Positions 30,968 to 46,414 are shown, counted from the stretch's first letter. The stretch: DNA of 64,000 bases from Blastocystis sp. Blastoise (GCA_039096225.1 JBBPEB010000005.1:310001-374000), one strand, 5' to 3'. Notes: generated by a model from the sequence alone, not told the origin. Made by a program: numbers and translations.

Positions 30968-32312
30968 ATGGTGAAAGAAAAAAGTATTTTGGGTGCTGGC
31001 CAATTGATTAGATTGAAGGAAGATATAAATGCATATGAAGAATTAATGAAAGATATAATTGGAGTACTTGGATCAGTTATGAATCTTGGTATACATTCTG
31101 GATTATCCATTAATAAGCTTGCACAACGTATTAGTAGCGATTACATCGAAGAAGACACTGATAATTCTTCGATCGAAATAATATCAGCAGATAAATGTGA
31201 AAATAATGGAAATATGACTATGGATTTGGTTACAAGTGATACTAATTATAATAAAGATACAGATCTCATTCGTTTTACTAGTACAGGTCCTCTATTTCAA
31301 ATATCAAAATCTATTTTAGAGTCGTTGAAAGGTTCTTTTCTTGATGAAACGTTTATCAAAGAATATAGAACAATAGATGGATCTATGTATCTTGATTATA
31401 GAGGAAATGATGCCTCTGCATACTATTTATTAGATTATTTGAATGGAAAGAAAGTAGATTTTGATTCTCTTTCTTATGAAGAACAATTAGAAATATTAGA
31501 TTTATTTGAATATTGTGGGTTACCCATTCCTATAGAATTAGTCAATTGTAGAGAAAGAAGAGATACAAAAATAAAAAAATATGAAGAAGGAGATGAAGTA
31601 GAATTGATTATTAATGGAAATAAGAATGATACTATTAAAGAATATTTAGTAAAGAATAGATTATGGAATGAATATGTAATGAGTTATAATAATGGATTTA
31701 TAGATTATAATCATATAGAAGATAGTTTATATATGAATAAGAAATATGAATATATTGAATATATAAATGAATATGTGATTAATGAAACTGTTAATATAGA
31801 AGAGGAAAAGATTATTAATATTAATAAAGAATTATTATTACATGAAATATATGAATTATTTGGTACAAAAGGAAAGCAAATAGTATATTCAAATTTAATG
31901 CAAAGACCTCGTTTTTCTGATTCTTTGATTCTTGAGAATAAAGATATGGATTATCAACTACAAGAATGGCTAGGTAAAGAAAAGAAATGGAAATTATTAT
32001 TTAGGTATTTATATTTTATTTTATTATTTTATTATTATATGTTTTATTTTTTTTTTATTATTAATTTAATATATATAATTATATTTTTATTATATTATTA
32101 TTATATTATTATTATATTATTATTATATTTCTATTATATTATTATTATATTTTTATAATATAGAGCAAGTGAACATAAGTATTCTAGAGATGAATTTCAT
32201 AAATATTGTGATTATAAAGGAGAAACAGTAATTCTCGTAAAACAAATAGGTAATAATAATCATATTAATATATTTGGAGGATATACAGATCAAAATTGGG
32301 AAAGCACTGGTA

Positions 32313-32344
<32 letters not shown>

Positions 32345-32687
32345 CATTTATTATAACAATATAATATATATAGTTAGAAAGTACGCTTCAAAAGAGTTTC
32401 TCTTTACTTTAAGTAATGAGCATAATGTTCCTCCTACTCAATATAAACATAATGGTAATGGTGATGGTATAGTATGTGCTAATAATTGGGGTATTGTTTT
32501 TGGAAGTGGACCTGATTTATGTATAGATGATGATTGCCATAAAACGAAATACTATGTATGTACAAAAGCATGCTCTTTCACATGGGTAGATACTCCTCAA
32601 CAATCATCTTTATTTGTTAATACTGCTGGCCCTCAAAAAGAAAATCATTTCGTTGTTGAAGACTATGAAGTTTGGGGAAGACTATAA
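30968..32687 (+). CDS. BTB-like + TLDc paralogue 3; exons 30968-32004, 32164-32312, 32374-32687
   Basis: Same TLDc motifs and the same two intron positions as paralogue 1. Confidence 0.88.
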
Positions 32688-33080
32688 TATATATATATAA
32701 TTGAATTTTATATATTATATATAGGATTATTCTTTATTATATTTAAATCTAATTTTTTAATATTTTAAGAGTCAATAATAAATAATATATCTTTTTAACT
32801 TTACTTTTAATATATATATATTATATTTCAATTTTATTTGAATATACATTACTTAATAAAAATGTTAATTTTTGTTGTTTTGTTATTAAAATTTTTTTAT
32901 TTTTATACTATACCAATAAATAAAAATATATATATTATTTATATTCTTAGACAATTCATAATAGAATAATTCATTAAAACAATAGTATATAAAAACATAC
33001 ATAAAAATTAAATATATAGTATAAAACTTTATTAAATAGATATAAAAAAATATAAAACTAAATGTATAATCTAATTCTTA

Positions 33081-35008
33081 TCAAGCATTTAAATATATTA
33101 TTTCTAAATGGCTATTACAGATTTCTTTATAATTCTCTAATACAGGATAATAATCCACATTTATATCTATATATATAAATAATTATTATCTATATATTAT
33201 AAATATAACGAGATATACTATAAAGATGTAACACAAGTTTTCTTAAATTTGGCAAAAATCCATTAATTAATATATTTATAAACTGAAGCATTAAATCATT
33301 CGTTTTTATATCTAATATATAATCATAATCACAATAATTATATATATATATACATAGTTCTAAGTTTCTACTATTTTTAACATAATCCATTTGAAGTTGT
33401 TTATATATATATTCAGAATATACCTTATAAGTATCTTCTATGGTATTAAATAAACTACACATACAAATAGAAGTACATGACTTTTGTAAATAGAGAGAAA
33501 GCGATGGAAATGCTTCAAATACATTTATTTCTGAAATATATATACAATATTAACAATTATAATAAATATAATATATTGAATTCATACTACCATTATATAA
33601 AAGTGTGAATGTTTCAAGATATGCCAGAGAAGCTTCTGTGATATCTTTAAATGAATCAATAAATGTATAAAGTTGTGTATATAATGAATTATCAATAACA
33701 TCATATTGTATGCTGAGAGACTTGAGTTTTGTTAGTTTATTATTCTTTATACATTGAATTATATTGCCAAATATTGTTGTTATTTGACTTCTATTGTCAA
33801 ATGTTATTGATAATTGCTGAAGATTTGTTAATAAAGGACGATTCATAAAGTCATTGGTCAAAAATATATAATCCACAAAAGAATATGCTATATATTTAAA
33901 TATGAAAATATAGCATAAATAAATAATTAAATAAAAGTATGTACGTAGTTCTAATAGCTGAAGTTTATCAGAGAACAAATTAAATATATTATTTAGCTGC
34001 GTGTTGACATTATCTATAAGTATTCATTATATTATATGAATATCAAAATATTTCTAGTACTTGAACATTATATACATACTTTGAACATTATAGCCATTAT
34101 TATAATTGTTTCGACCGTTCCACATGTTATTATTATTCATATTTACATTAACAGGGGTAGATATATATGAAACTGAGTCTATATTAAAATATGGCTTTCC
34201 TTCTATATATATAGAATGTATATAATACATGTATATAATGAATACTAATAACTAATGAAATAGCATTTTTATAAGTTCCTGAAGATAAAAAAGCAATATA
34301 TTCATTAAAAAAGGAAGGGGATTGTTTCATTGTAATTTCATCAACTATATAATAAGAAATAGTGTTTTATTTATATGTATTAAAAATATTAAATTACCAT
34401 TTATTGTAACATTCTGAACTTTATCAAAACACATATTTTTATATGTATTTAATAGTTTATGTAATGGATCAAAAGAAGCAGAGTTCATATTTATATAGAT
34501 CGATCTAAAGGGACAAGTACTGAGATCAAGAAGTGAATAATCTATCGTTTGTTTATTTATCTCAAAAAAATCAAATATAACAGTATTAACAGTTAGCAGT
34601 TTTTCCTTAAAAAGTTTATTCCATAAAGTTAAATATTTATGAACAAATATATTGGCTATAAAATAATGTAAATAATAAATATATATATATATAGAATACA
34701 ATTAATGGTTATTGGATGAATTTTATTAGCTGTTTCTACATTTTCTATTGTTTTTTCTGTAAAATCGAAAGGATAATTCATTTTTTTAATATCAATAAGA
34801 ATTGTATCCATTAATTTAAGTAATGATACAGGTAATAAACAATGTATCATATTAAAAATAGTTGTAGGATATGTACTTATAGTGAAGTCACATAAATCAT
34901 ATACATGTAAATTTGGAAAGTTATCTCTTTTTATTAAAGGAAGTATTTTTGTTAACATTACTATATAAGACTCTGACATTCTGGAATCTATATATACATA
35001 ATTATTAC

Positions 35009-35047
<39 letters not shown>

Positions 35048-36949
35048 CTTTCAATTTTTAGAGTTGTAACATTTGTAAAGACATGTGTTTCTAGTATTTC
35101 TATAAATAATTGTTTATATGCAGAATAAGATTCTGGATGAATATCTATATATATATATATTCTACATAAATATTATATATAAATACAATCAGATATATTA
35201 AAAATCTGAATAGCATCAAATATTCCTTGTTTTAAGGCTTGTAATAGAGGTGAAATAGTTAGTTGTAATTTGTAAGATAAATCAGCTATATGATAATACT
35301 AAAAAAGATTAAAATATAATAAAATACAGTAAATGTCAATTGATCTCAATTGAGTACAAATTGGAATATTTAATATATAATTAAGTATTTCATAACAAGG
35401 ATTATTATGATATCTATATTTATATATATAGAAAAAATTTAATTTTATAGAAAACAAAAGTGACAATTAAATAGACACATAAAAAAATACTTTAAAATTG
35501 GATGAGATTCATCTCTTTCTATATATGCATAATGGATACATAGATCTATATATATTCATATATATATACCTCCATTATGATCAATAAACAAAAATTCAAT
35601 TAAATTTTTTTTCTTTTCATTTTGAATATGACAATATTTTGATTTTAATTCATTCATTTTTACATTATATTCACGGGAATAACTTGTTGGTGCCTGTATA
35701 TATAGATCAGGTTTACTATCTTCTTTTTCATTCAATAATTCTTCATCTATATCTATAGGTATTATTTCATGATTTATTATTGTTGATTCTTTATTATCAC
35801 TTATAGATCTATCTTTATCTTTTTTTGAATGAATATCAATTTGATATTTATATAATTTATCTTTCTCTATATCGGGGTGAAGTGACTTATATCTATTATA
35901 TGCTTCTGGATAATTATATTCATAATATAATCTCTTATATTCTTTATATAACTCTCTATAATTAGGATCATTTCTTGTTATTTGAATCTCTTTGTTTTGA
36001 GGATAGTAAGAAGCTAATATATAAAGATTAAATATACTATTAATATAATATACCATTCATTTCAAATATTTCTAATTTAGGGAATAATTCATGTAGATTA
36101 GATGGATATATATATTCATAAGGAATATCATCAGAGAAATCAACTATATATATATATATTTAAAGATAAAAATAAATACATTTTATAATAACTTTTGTTA
36201 TATTATAAAGATCAAATAACTCTGAATACTGCTGAAATATCGTATTTCTTTCGTTTGTAATTATGTCTATTCAATAATAGATGAAATAATATATTTTTAA
36301 CTAGATAGATATATATACCTTGTATTATTAGTTCACGTTTTATTGTATAATCATATAAAGATTCTATATTTCTATATAAAATAATAATAGATTAATAATA
36401 ATATATAATATATAATATATAATATATATAAATTTGCTGAATATCAGCCTATAAATAATACAATTTGCAATTATTTTGTTCAATAAATAATGTCAAGGCT
36501 TCTGATAGAAAATCTTCAATTTTTGCTAATTGACTACGAATCTCATTTCCAAAAAAGTATTTTCCAGCTTGATACATTCTACATATATCTTTTAAAGGAA
36601 TTGAGTCCAATGATTTTTTTCCTTCTAGAAATGGAATCAATTTGTTTATTGATAAAGATGGAAAGTCGACATAATACGCTTTTTTATCCTTCACGTAATT
36701 GTCTTCATTGCTCTGGATGAGAGACAGTACTTCACTTGGATATTTCTCTAAAGACGACAACAACATTGTTGTTGTGACATTATCTTGGAAAAGGAAATCA
36801 ACTGACTCTATTGATGCCGTCGAAGTTGATGATGAAGTATCGACTGATGTAGAACTTTGTTGTTCTTTAGAGGGACTCGCAGAAGTGTTACGTTTAATTA
36901 TCTTTATAAGAATTTTTAACTATTTTAATGAATAATATGATACAGCCAT
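33081..36949 (-). CDS. BTB-like + LRR-like paralogue 2 (one anomalous junction near 36440-36460)
   Basis: MA|IIKR...VDFLFQDNVTTTMLLSSLEKYPSE...AYYVDFP, with repeats LFPKLEIF, NFPNLHVY and FLPNLRKL. Other checked exons join in frame. Confidence 0.65.
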
Positions 36950-38235
36950 TTATTACAAGAATTTTAGTATGATGAAAAACAACTGAGTTAATTAAATAAA
37001 CTAAATAATCCTAGCTTTAAAAGAATGGGAAATCTTTAACTCTAAAGAAAACAAAAAGATTTTCAAATTATTTTCCACAAATAGTCACGATTAATTCGAA
37101 ATTTGAACTTACAATGTGTTTATAATCAGAGTTTTTATTTATTATTAACTTTTATGCTATTTACCTTGTTTTTATAGAAGAAGGTTTATTATTATTATAT
37201 GTACATATTAGAGATCAATAGTAAGTTGTTCCTATTAATTGATGTTATTTTTAGAGTAATTAATACTGGCTTGTTTAATTAGAAGTTAAACATTCCTTCT
37301 TTTGATTAGTTTATAGATATGCTAGAATCATGGTTAAGCTAGTATTCAATTTTTTGTTACTTTATTATGCTAATTATGTTGACTAGTTATTTGATTGATA
37401 ATCCATGAAGAGCAAGTGACTGAAAATGATATATAAAGTTTTAAGGTAATTGTTCCAATACATTCTAAAGTGTAAGATCTAATTCAAGACGCTCTAAATT
37501 GTGAGATTTGGCTCAGAACGCTATAACTTCAGTCAAATACTAATATTCAAACCTCATTTAGTACCCTAAATCAATCCTTACAAATGAAAACGTCTTGAAA
37601 CAATTAAGTCTTCTCTTTGTGCTACTCTTTAGAACATAATAAAGCTTAAAAGCTTCTGATTTGATATAAATTCTATTATGACTCTTGTGTGTTATTCTTT
37701 GTTAAATGAATACCTGTTTAAAAAAATTTCTTGACCTTGATTTCAGTGATTTCTATCAAATAATTCAATTAAGTAATTGTCGTTTTACTTAAGTAACATT
37801 AAAGGTCAAACAAAATAAAAGTAATTTTATGATGGCAATCCTATTCATTCTTCATATTCAAACCATAAATGAACTTTTGATTTATGGTTGTATTGCATAT
37901 AACTGGTTATTTTTTACAAATGAATAATACAACAGTAGAACCGTAATCACTTTTTGTATTAAAAAGATTGATTAAACTTAAAAGTAGAAAAAATGAATAG
38001 CCAAAAGCAAACCGAAGAATTACCCTCATTTTGAGATCTATGTTTCACTAAAGACATCATTTTTGTGAAACACAAATAATTACCATTAATATAGTTAATT
38101 GTAAACTTAGAATTTGATATTTTTCCCAGAACTAGCTTTAATATACGTTTTTGCTTTATAACTGCTTTAGTATTTCATAAAAAAGATTTTATTTTTAGTA
38201 TATTTACATTTTTTATTTATATGAATTAAAACAAT

Positions 38236-38897
38236 ATGAGTGGACTTCCAGTCAATCAACAGTATATATATTATTATTTACATTTAAAATACGTTTCTTA
38301 TTCTATAATTCACTTTTTTGTTTTTTTCATGTTATTTCAAGTTTATCGAATTATATTAAATAGATCTTTATATAAATACTATAATATTCTATTATTTCTT
38401 TAATTATTCATTTTATAGAAATAATTCAAATATTTCGAGTTATGATCCTTCATTTCCATCGAATCCAATATTAAATCAATATAACAAAAATATAATTATT
38501 CCTTATTCGACTGAAGATAACCCAGGAATCACTAAACAACAGAATCCTTCAATTCTTCCTAATTCTTCTATTCCAAATCAATCGAATAATATTAATCAAT
38601 ATTATAATCAAAATATAAATAATATGAATAATGAATCATATATTCCTTCTGCTATTCCTATTTCATATCCAGTAAATACAAATGTAATTCCATCAAATAT
38701 TCCTGGAAATTCGGTTTCAATACCTATGGGTGCTACACAAATACCTCCATCGTCTATTCCTGTTGGTATTCCTAACAATTATATAAACCAACCATATTCT
38801 ATGAATTCATATATATTAAATGAATTACCTTCAAATGTTTATTGTGAACAAATGACTCAAGATACAAGAAAGCAACTTCCTGAACCTAAAGATGATT

Positions 38898-38946
<49 letters not shown>

Positions 38947-39937
38947 ATTATTATTATTATTATTATATTTATTATCATTATTAATCTATTTTTTTTATAT
39001 ATATAGGGAGGATGTTGATGTAAATATATTATTTTTTATAATAAATATATTTAATAATTATTTATTTTGAAACTGTAAATTTTTCAAAAGAAGATAATGA
39101 TATATATCGAAAGAATGTTCGATTTTATAATTTATATGGAATTCCATTGTTTCTTACATTTGCTGATGGTGTACATATATATATTTAAATAAATTAAACA
39201 TAATCACGAATATCATATAATAATAAATAATCTGTAATTTTTTTTCTATTATATATATACAATAATTTTTTATATAAATAAAGACATTCATATTCGCTTC
39301 ATTATCACTATCTTGTGAGTATTACCTTCTTCCTTTATTATTAGTGCCTATTTTTATTTTCATTTGTTTTATTAAACCACTACTTACAGCAATAATTATT
39401 ATATCCTTATTGATATATATATATATATATGAATAATGAAAGATATATTTTTCTATGATCTTAATATATTACTATTATTATACTAGTATTTATTATCTTT
39501 AATAATATACCCTATAATTCTCTTGTTTCTTATGATAGCATATCATATATACACCCTTTTTATTGATGCTGATAAATATTTTTTCGATGGAGTATGTCTT
39601 GCACTTGAAATACCTTTGCTAGCATTTCTAATTTACTTTTTTGCAAAACGAAAAACATATACAAATTCAAGTAAATATAATATATAATATATATTTTCTA
39701 AATATTTATAGAATTCTTTATTTAATTACTAATTTATTATATATATTATTATTGTTGAATTTCTTTTAGTTATCAAATAATATGTTTATTTTACCTTTAT
39801 AAGATAATATATATAATTATTGAATCTATATACATATAAATATAGTTGCAAAAAGAATGAAGTCCTTGGTTAAGAAAGCTGATGAGAATAGAATTTATTA
39901 TGGATTACGTCCACATTATAGAAAAAAACGAAGATAA
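38236..39937 (+). CDS. Pro/Asn-rich + multi-TM hypothetical protein, copy B (inverted duplicate of copy A)
   Basis: Near-identical coding blocks to copy A, ending ...GLRPHYRKKRR*. One acceptor reads AT instead of AG (39064-39065). Confidence 0.7.
39401..39510 (+). other. U12-type AT-AC intron (copy B)
   Basis: ATATCCTT...TATCTTTAATAATATAC|CCT, at the same position and phase as in copy A. Confidence 0.88.
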
Positions 39938-40216
39938 ATATTGTTGTCACTATAATTTCATAATTATAATGTCAGTAATAATTAATTATATTTCAGTATT
40001 TATAAACAACCAAAAAGAAATCAACTTGTTTTGTATAAAACAAACTAAATATTACTCCAAAATAAAGCCCCAAATTTACATATAAAAACATATAAGAATA
40101 TATTACAAAAATAAAAGTACAATTCGGTATAATTACAATAGTAACATAAAATAGTAATAAAACTAAATCAAGTAAAAAAAATCAAAAAAAAACAAAAAAA
40201 ATCATGAGAATAAAAA

Positions 40217-41072
40217 CTAACGAGAAAGTCTTCTAATTATAAGAGAAAGAGAGGGAAATATTTTCATTAAATCTGCAGAAAAAGCCTCTTCAAGACGTTT
40301 ATCATTTGAATCTTCTTTTAAATATGCTATATATATATAATAAAATGAACATATACATATAAAGAACTATACTGATTAATTAAATAATAATAATTAATAT
40401 AATGTATATATATATATATAGGGAATACTAATAATGAATAAAAATATATATACATATTGTTAATGAAGACAGTTTTGGAATAGTATTCTTATTAATAACA
40501 GAAAGCAATGAATAAAGAGTCGGACGTCGGAATTTATTAGCTATATATATTGAATGAATAAGAAAATATTAAAATAAAATATAGTTTTAGTAAAAAATTA
40601 TTTAAACATATATATATATAGATATGAAAATATACACATAATAGTGATATCTTCTAAATGAACCAATTTTCGTGTTTCAACCAGTTTTGCAAGTTGTTTA
40701 ATCGAATTATCAAGAAGAGAACAACCTATATATATTGAGAGAGACATTATATATAATAGAATTACATATTTAGAAAGATAATGAAATATAGAGGATATAT
40801 ATAGATATATAACATAAAAGTATATAAAATAATATGAAATATTTATAATATAGATAAAGAAAGAGATACAGAAAAAAAGTAAATAAATGAATAGTTAAAA
40901 TAAAAAATGAATATAGAAATCTAATATTAAAATAGGTAAATCAAAATATTTTGAATCAACTAAATAATATATATATATATATATACTAGTAACATTTAGA
41001 GATATAAGTTGATAATTAATGCGCTTTGGAGAAGTAAATAACCGAATAAAAGTATCCTCTGATAAGAATATA

Positions 41073-41109
<37 letters not shown>

Positions 41110-42711
41110 GAATATTTTTATCAAGAATATCATGTTAATAATATATATATATATACTTTGTATGGTAAGATATCGAATAGAATGAGGTAGTGAAATAGAA
41201 GAAGAAGAAGGAATAGTAACTGGTTGACGAAGAATATGTTCTGATACTATATATACATATATATATAGATAAAGCCAACATATATAATGATAATAACAGC
41301 AATAATATCAATTATTATTATTATATATATACTCATTTCAATTGTATCAAGCCCGCCAAGTTTATCATTATTGGCGGTATTAAATAAAGAGAGAAAATCT
41401 TCAGGACTTTGAATTGAACCTATATATATGAAAATACATGAATAATGTATATATAGATTAATAAAGTACAATAGATAATAGTAAACTATATATATTTTCT
41501 TATAAAATAAGATATTATAAATAAGAAACATAAATATATATATACTATTATAAGTGTATTTTATTTCTTGTAAATCTTCAAAATATCCTTCAACAGCAAA
41601 ACGAGAGAATATATCACTATCAAAATTTAAAAACTCAATATCTATATAAAAAGTATTAATATATATAATATATATTATGAAAAGATAAAGAATATATATA
41701 TATATATATATATAAAGAATATACCCTGTAATATTAATTGTTTATTTGGTAACGAAAAGTTAAACGTAGAAAAAGAAAAAGAATTGTATTCCACATCTGG
41801 AACACTATTTTCTTGATTTGAATTTTGACATATATTATTTGTATCACCTGTAGTTGTAGTTGTAGTTGAAGTTGGAATAGTATTCCAAGAAGGTACGGGT
41901 AACGATGGATTCTCAAATAAAAGAGATACACTTAAAATCTTTGATTGAATGAACTCTTCAGGATCTATATATATTATAATAGATATTATACTAGATATAC
42001 ATATTATACATATTGAATAGATGTTGATTATAATATATATAATAATATAGATACCATTTTCTTCAATGTAAATTTTATTTTTGATTATATAACTAAGTAG
42101 GCAGGGTAAAGGGAATAATAATTTACAATCTATAAAGGTATATGAAGATATATATATATATATATATATAGTTGATTAAAATATTGATACATTTTTAAAA
42201 TATAAAAGATATAGATAAATAGTATATAAATAGACAATAATGTTTAAAATAAGATTCATTATTATATATATATAGATATACTTTTAATAATAACAGTAGG
42301 TATATGTATTATTGAAGGAAGAAGGAGAAGAAGGAGATTCGATGAAAATAAATTAGTATATACATCCTCATCTAAATATATATATATATAGATAGATATA
42401 TTAATTATAATATATTATAAATAACATATAAAAATTATTTATATATAGATATATTAATTATAATATATTAAAAATAGCATATAAAAATTGTTATATATAT
42501 ATACGATGTAAATAATAAATAGAAGTAAATGCGACATCTTCTTTAATTGAAAGGAATCCATTATATATATAGTTATATAATGAATGATCACTAATTAGAT
42601 TCTCTATATAAATAATTATTAAAAAACATCGAAAAACAATAATAAGAATTATATTTATGGGAATATAAACAAATTTGATATGAAACATAAAAATATATAT
42701 TATTATTATTA

Positions 42712-42743
<32 letters not shown>

Positions 42744-43739
42744 TATTATTATTATTATTATATATACGTGTAAAATAAGCATGTGTAACAAAAAGCTTTA
42801 CATTTTGTTTTAATAATAATGTCCATACTTTGGAGTCATTTCTACAATACATAGCTATATATATATATATAAAATGACTATATCTATTTATAATATAAGA
42901 TATATATCTATATACATTCTATATATATAGAGGATAGAGTTGGATGAAGTGACGAAGTTATATATTGATATAAAAGCGAAGGATCATAACTATAATCTGC
43001 CACTATATATATATATATATAGTAATATATATAATACATATATATACATAAATAAACTGTTTTTAATTGTGGACAAATCTTTGTAGTCATACCACATAAA
43101 CTACCTATATATATATTATATATATTATATATATATATATATAACATATATATATATATACTAATATAAAGTGTTTCAATATTTTGAAAAAAAGAACATT
43201 GTTCTAATAGTGCTATTTCTTTCTCTTTAAACAAATCTTCTTGTACTATATATATATATAATAAAGCAAAAACAAATATATATATATATACAATTTGGTA
43301 GAATTACCGTGGTTAATTGCATATAATGTTTCGGTAATATAGCGCTTAAAAATGAAATACGATCCAAAGAAGTAACTCCTATTCATATATATATATATAA
43401 TAATATATATATATTATTATATAAGAAGAAAAATATCAAAATATAAGCATTATTTATAATCATAAATAGAATAAATAAAGAATAAAACATATATATACTT
43501 GATAGATCTAGTGTATCTATAGTATTATCAGCATTATTTCCAAGTATATTATATAGAAGAGGAGTACTAGTCATAGAGTAATACCTATAAGAAATAAGAA
43601 GGAATATATATATATATATATGATAAAAAAAGAAATATTAAATAAAAAAATAAAAGACATTTAATAAATAAATATATAAATATATACGTTGTCTTTGATA
43701 TTCGGTAAGAAGGAGATGATGAATCTATATAATAATAAT

Positions 43740-43777
<38 letters not shown>

Positions 43778-44905
43778 CAGCAATATATATATATATACCA
43801 GTAGCAGATCGTTTGACACCATTAGGTTCAAACTGAAAGTAGCTGAAACCTTCTGAACCATCATTAGTATAAATAGAGGCTATATATGTAACAGAAATAT
43901 ATTAAGAATTATAATTATTTATTTAAAAATAACAAAATATTTGAGATATTAATAAAAAAACTATATTAAACATATACCAATTAAAAGAAAAATATAGTAT
44001 ATATTTACATAATAAGAAATAATAAATATATACATAAAATAAATTGTCCTTGAAGGAAGGGGAATAATGCATAATATTTTGAAGAGAAAAGTTGATTATA
44101 TAATAAAGAAGTGTCATTATTACCTATATATGCATGAAATAACCGTGGATATTATATATATATAAAGAAAAACATTAAAAAATAATATATATAATATATA
44201 ATAATTATTATATCTTATATATATACATTCAATGGCAATATAGGAAAAGATAAAATGTGAAAAGATACATGTATAATCATTTAAAAATGAATACACGTCA
44301 TCATTAAGAACTCCTAAAGAAAAAAATATGTATATATAAACTAAAAAAAAGAATAATAAAACATACCTTGAATTTTTAAAAGATAAGTTTTTGAAGAATT
44401 TAAAGTAGTTTCGTTAGTAAAATAAGTATAGAAATTTGTGATATTTTCATCATTTGAATTCCATTTTTCTGCATCATAAATGGAAATATTATGATTTTTT
44501 ATATTAGAAAGAAATCTGACTGAAAGAATTTGACTTAATTTATTAAGATGATTTTCAAAAGAAAAACCAAAATAATTAATTATTAAAGAAAATAAAGAAT
44601 TTAACACCGATGAAGAATAATCATCAAGACTCAAGTAGTAATCTTGAACAAATTGAAGAAGTAGTGTGATATCGTTGGCGGGTTGATCTAGATAGCAATC
44701 ATATGTTGTTTTTTCAATTGATGAATGCATTTTCCAAGCCTTTGTCATATAGGAATTAGGATATTGCTCTAATAATTGTTTAGGAACTTGAACATATTGC
44801 TCATCACAGCAAATGAAAGTAACTATACAAGTGATTCAATAATACTATGAATTGTTATATACTGTGACTTTGATTTTCACTAAGAATTTCTTGTTTTTTA
44901 TCCAT
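40217..44905 (-). CDS. BTB-like + LRR-like paralogue 3 (many short exons)
   Basis: MDKKQE...ITFICCDEQYVQVPKQLLEQYPNSYMTKAW...CYLDQP; repeats TIDTLDLS, NIETLYI, CPQLKTVYL; ends IFPSLSLIIRRLSR*. Confidence 0.65.
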
Positions 44906-45769
44906 CTAATGAGATATGATAATCAGATTTTTAAAAAGAACATACTTTGTAATATTCGAATACTATAGAGAGAAAGGAAACGTAAAGAAAACAGAAAATA
45001 TAGCAATAATAATGGAATATATTAATAATATTTAAGAAAAATACTATTGAAACGCATTTTTATGAAAACCATAAAAAAAAATGAGTTGACTGACAGTTAT
45101 ATAGTACTTTTTTTAAATTTACTATTTTCTAGAAAGTTTTACTATTCAAGTTTGAAGGATATAATAAGAATTGCAAGTTCTAATAATTTTTTTTTATTTA
45201 GTCTTCACAAAAATTATTTAATTGTTTTGTAAGATAAAAAAAATGTTTTTGAAAAACAATTGAAGCACGTATTATCCGTTTCGTGATTTTCTATGTATTT
45301 TCTATATTCTTCTTGATATCTACAACAATATTCAGAAAACTATGTTACACATTATGAAAAAAACTGAAACTACATTGCTTAGTTTTTCTATTTATTGGAT
45401 TCCTTATACAGATAGAAGTGTAGTCAGACTAAATATAAATGTCTTTTATGTGATTCACTATATATTAAGAAACTAAAACTGAAATTCATATAAAAATTGA
45501 ATTAGTGTAAAAGAATGCTATACGAAAACATAGGTAGATTGATATTATTGTGATTTAAAATTAGTAGAGGTTCATAACTAGGACAATACTTTAATTAAAT
45601 AACCGGCACATTATCATTTTTTTTTCAATTACTCATTCTGGTTCGTATATAATACATAGACGATGCAATAAAATGCTTAATTAAATCACAAAATAAGAAT
45701 TATTAGTATAAATTAAACCATAATTCTTTATAATATCTTTATATACTAAAATAATAAAAAATAAAGTAT

Positions 45770-45843
45770 GCTTCTGTGGCGCAATTGGATAGCGCACCAG
45801 ACTTCTAATCTGGGGGTTCTGAGTTCAAGTCTCAGCTGGAGCT
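45770..45843 (+). tRNA. tRNA-Arg(UCU)
   Basis: Cloverleaf: D arm GCGC/GCGC, anticodon arm CCAGA-CT TCT AA-TCTGG, T arm CTGAG-TTCAAGT-CTCAG; a T-run follows. Confidence 0.95.
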
Positions 45844-46414
45844 TCTCTTTTTATTTTCTTTTTCATTTCTTTTAACATGAATAATACTTCATGACATGTT
45901 TAAGATAGGTCTAAAAGATTGGTTGTTCTATACTCATTATATATCACCCATATGATTTCAAAATAATAGTAACTGTAATGGATTCGATGACGAAAACAAT
46001 GATTTGAACATAAATAACTAATGAAGGTGTATTGGCAACATGTTATTGAACGTAATGAATATATTTTCATAAATAAATAAAACATATATTTGTGGTTTAA
46101 AGAAAAAAACAAACTTCAGACTTTTTTATCAGGGTTTTTTACAAAAAATATTCATTTTTATATTTTTTATTAATGGATAAACAATAAGGGCTATTTTGAT
46201 CATAGATATAATATAAAAACAATTACAGATATATAACAATACTCTAATCGCAAAAATTTCTCTATTTGAAAGAATTATGTTTTTCATTTTGTTAATTTAA
46301 AATTTAAATGATGTATTATCTTTTACCTAACACGATTTTTTGTCTATTTATGGATTCTTTCATTTCTATAATATTCAAAACGAAATCTTAAAAAATAACA
46401 AAATAAAAAAGAGA

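Noticed and set aside
27886-39937. Composite transposon interpretation of the inverted arms
   Set aside because: The arms are intron-containing host genes; no transposase, terminal inverted repeats or target-site duplication was seen
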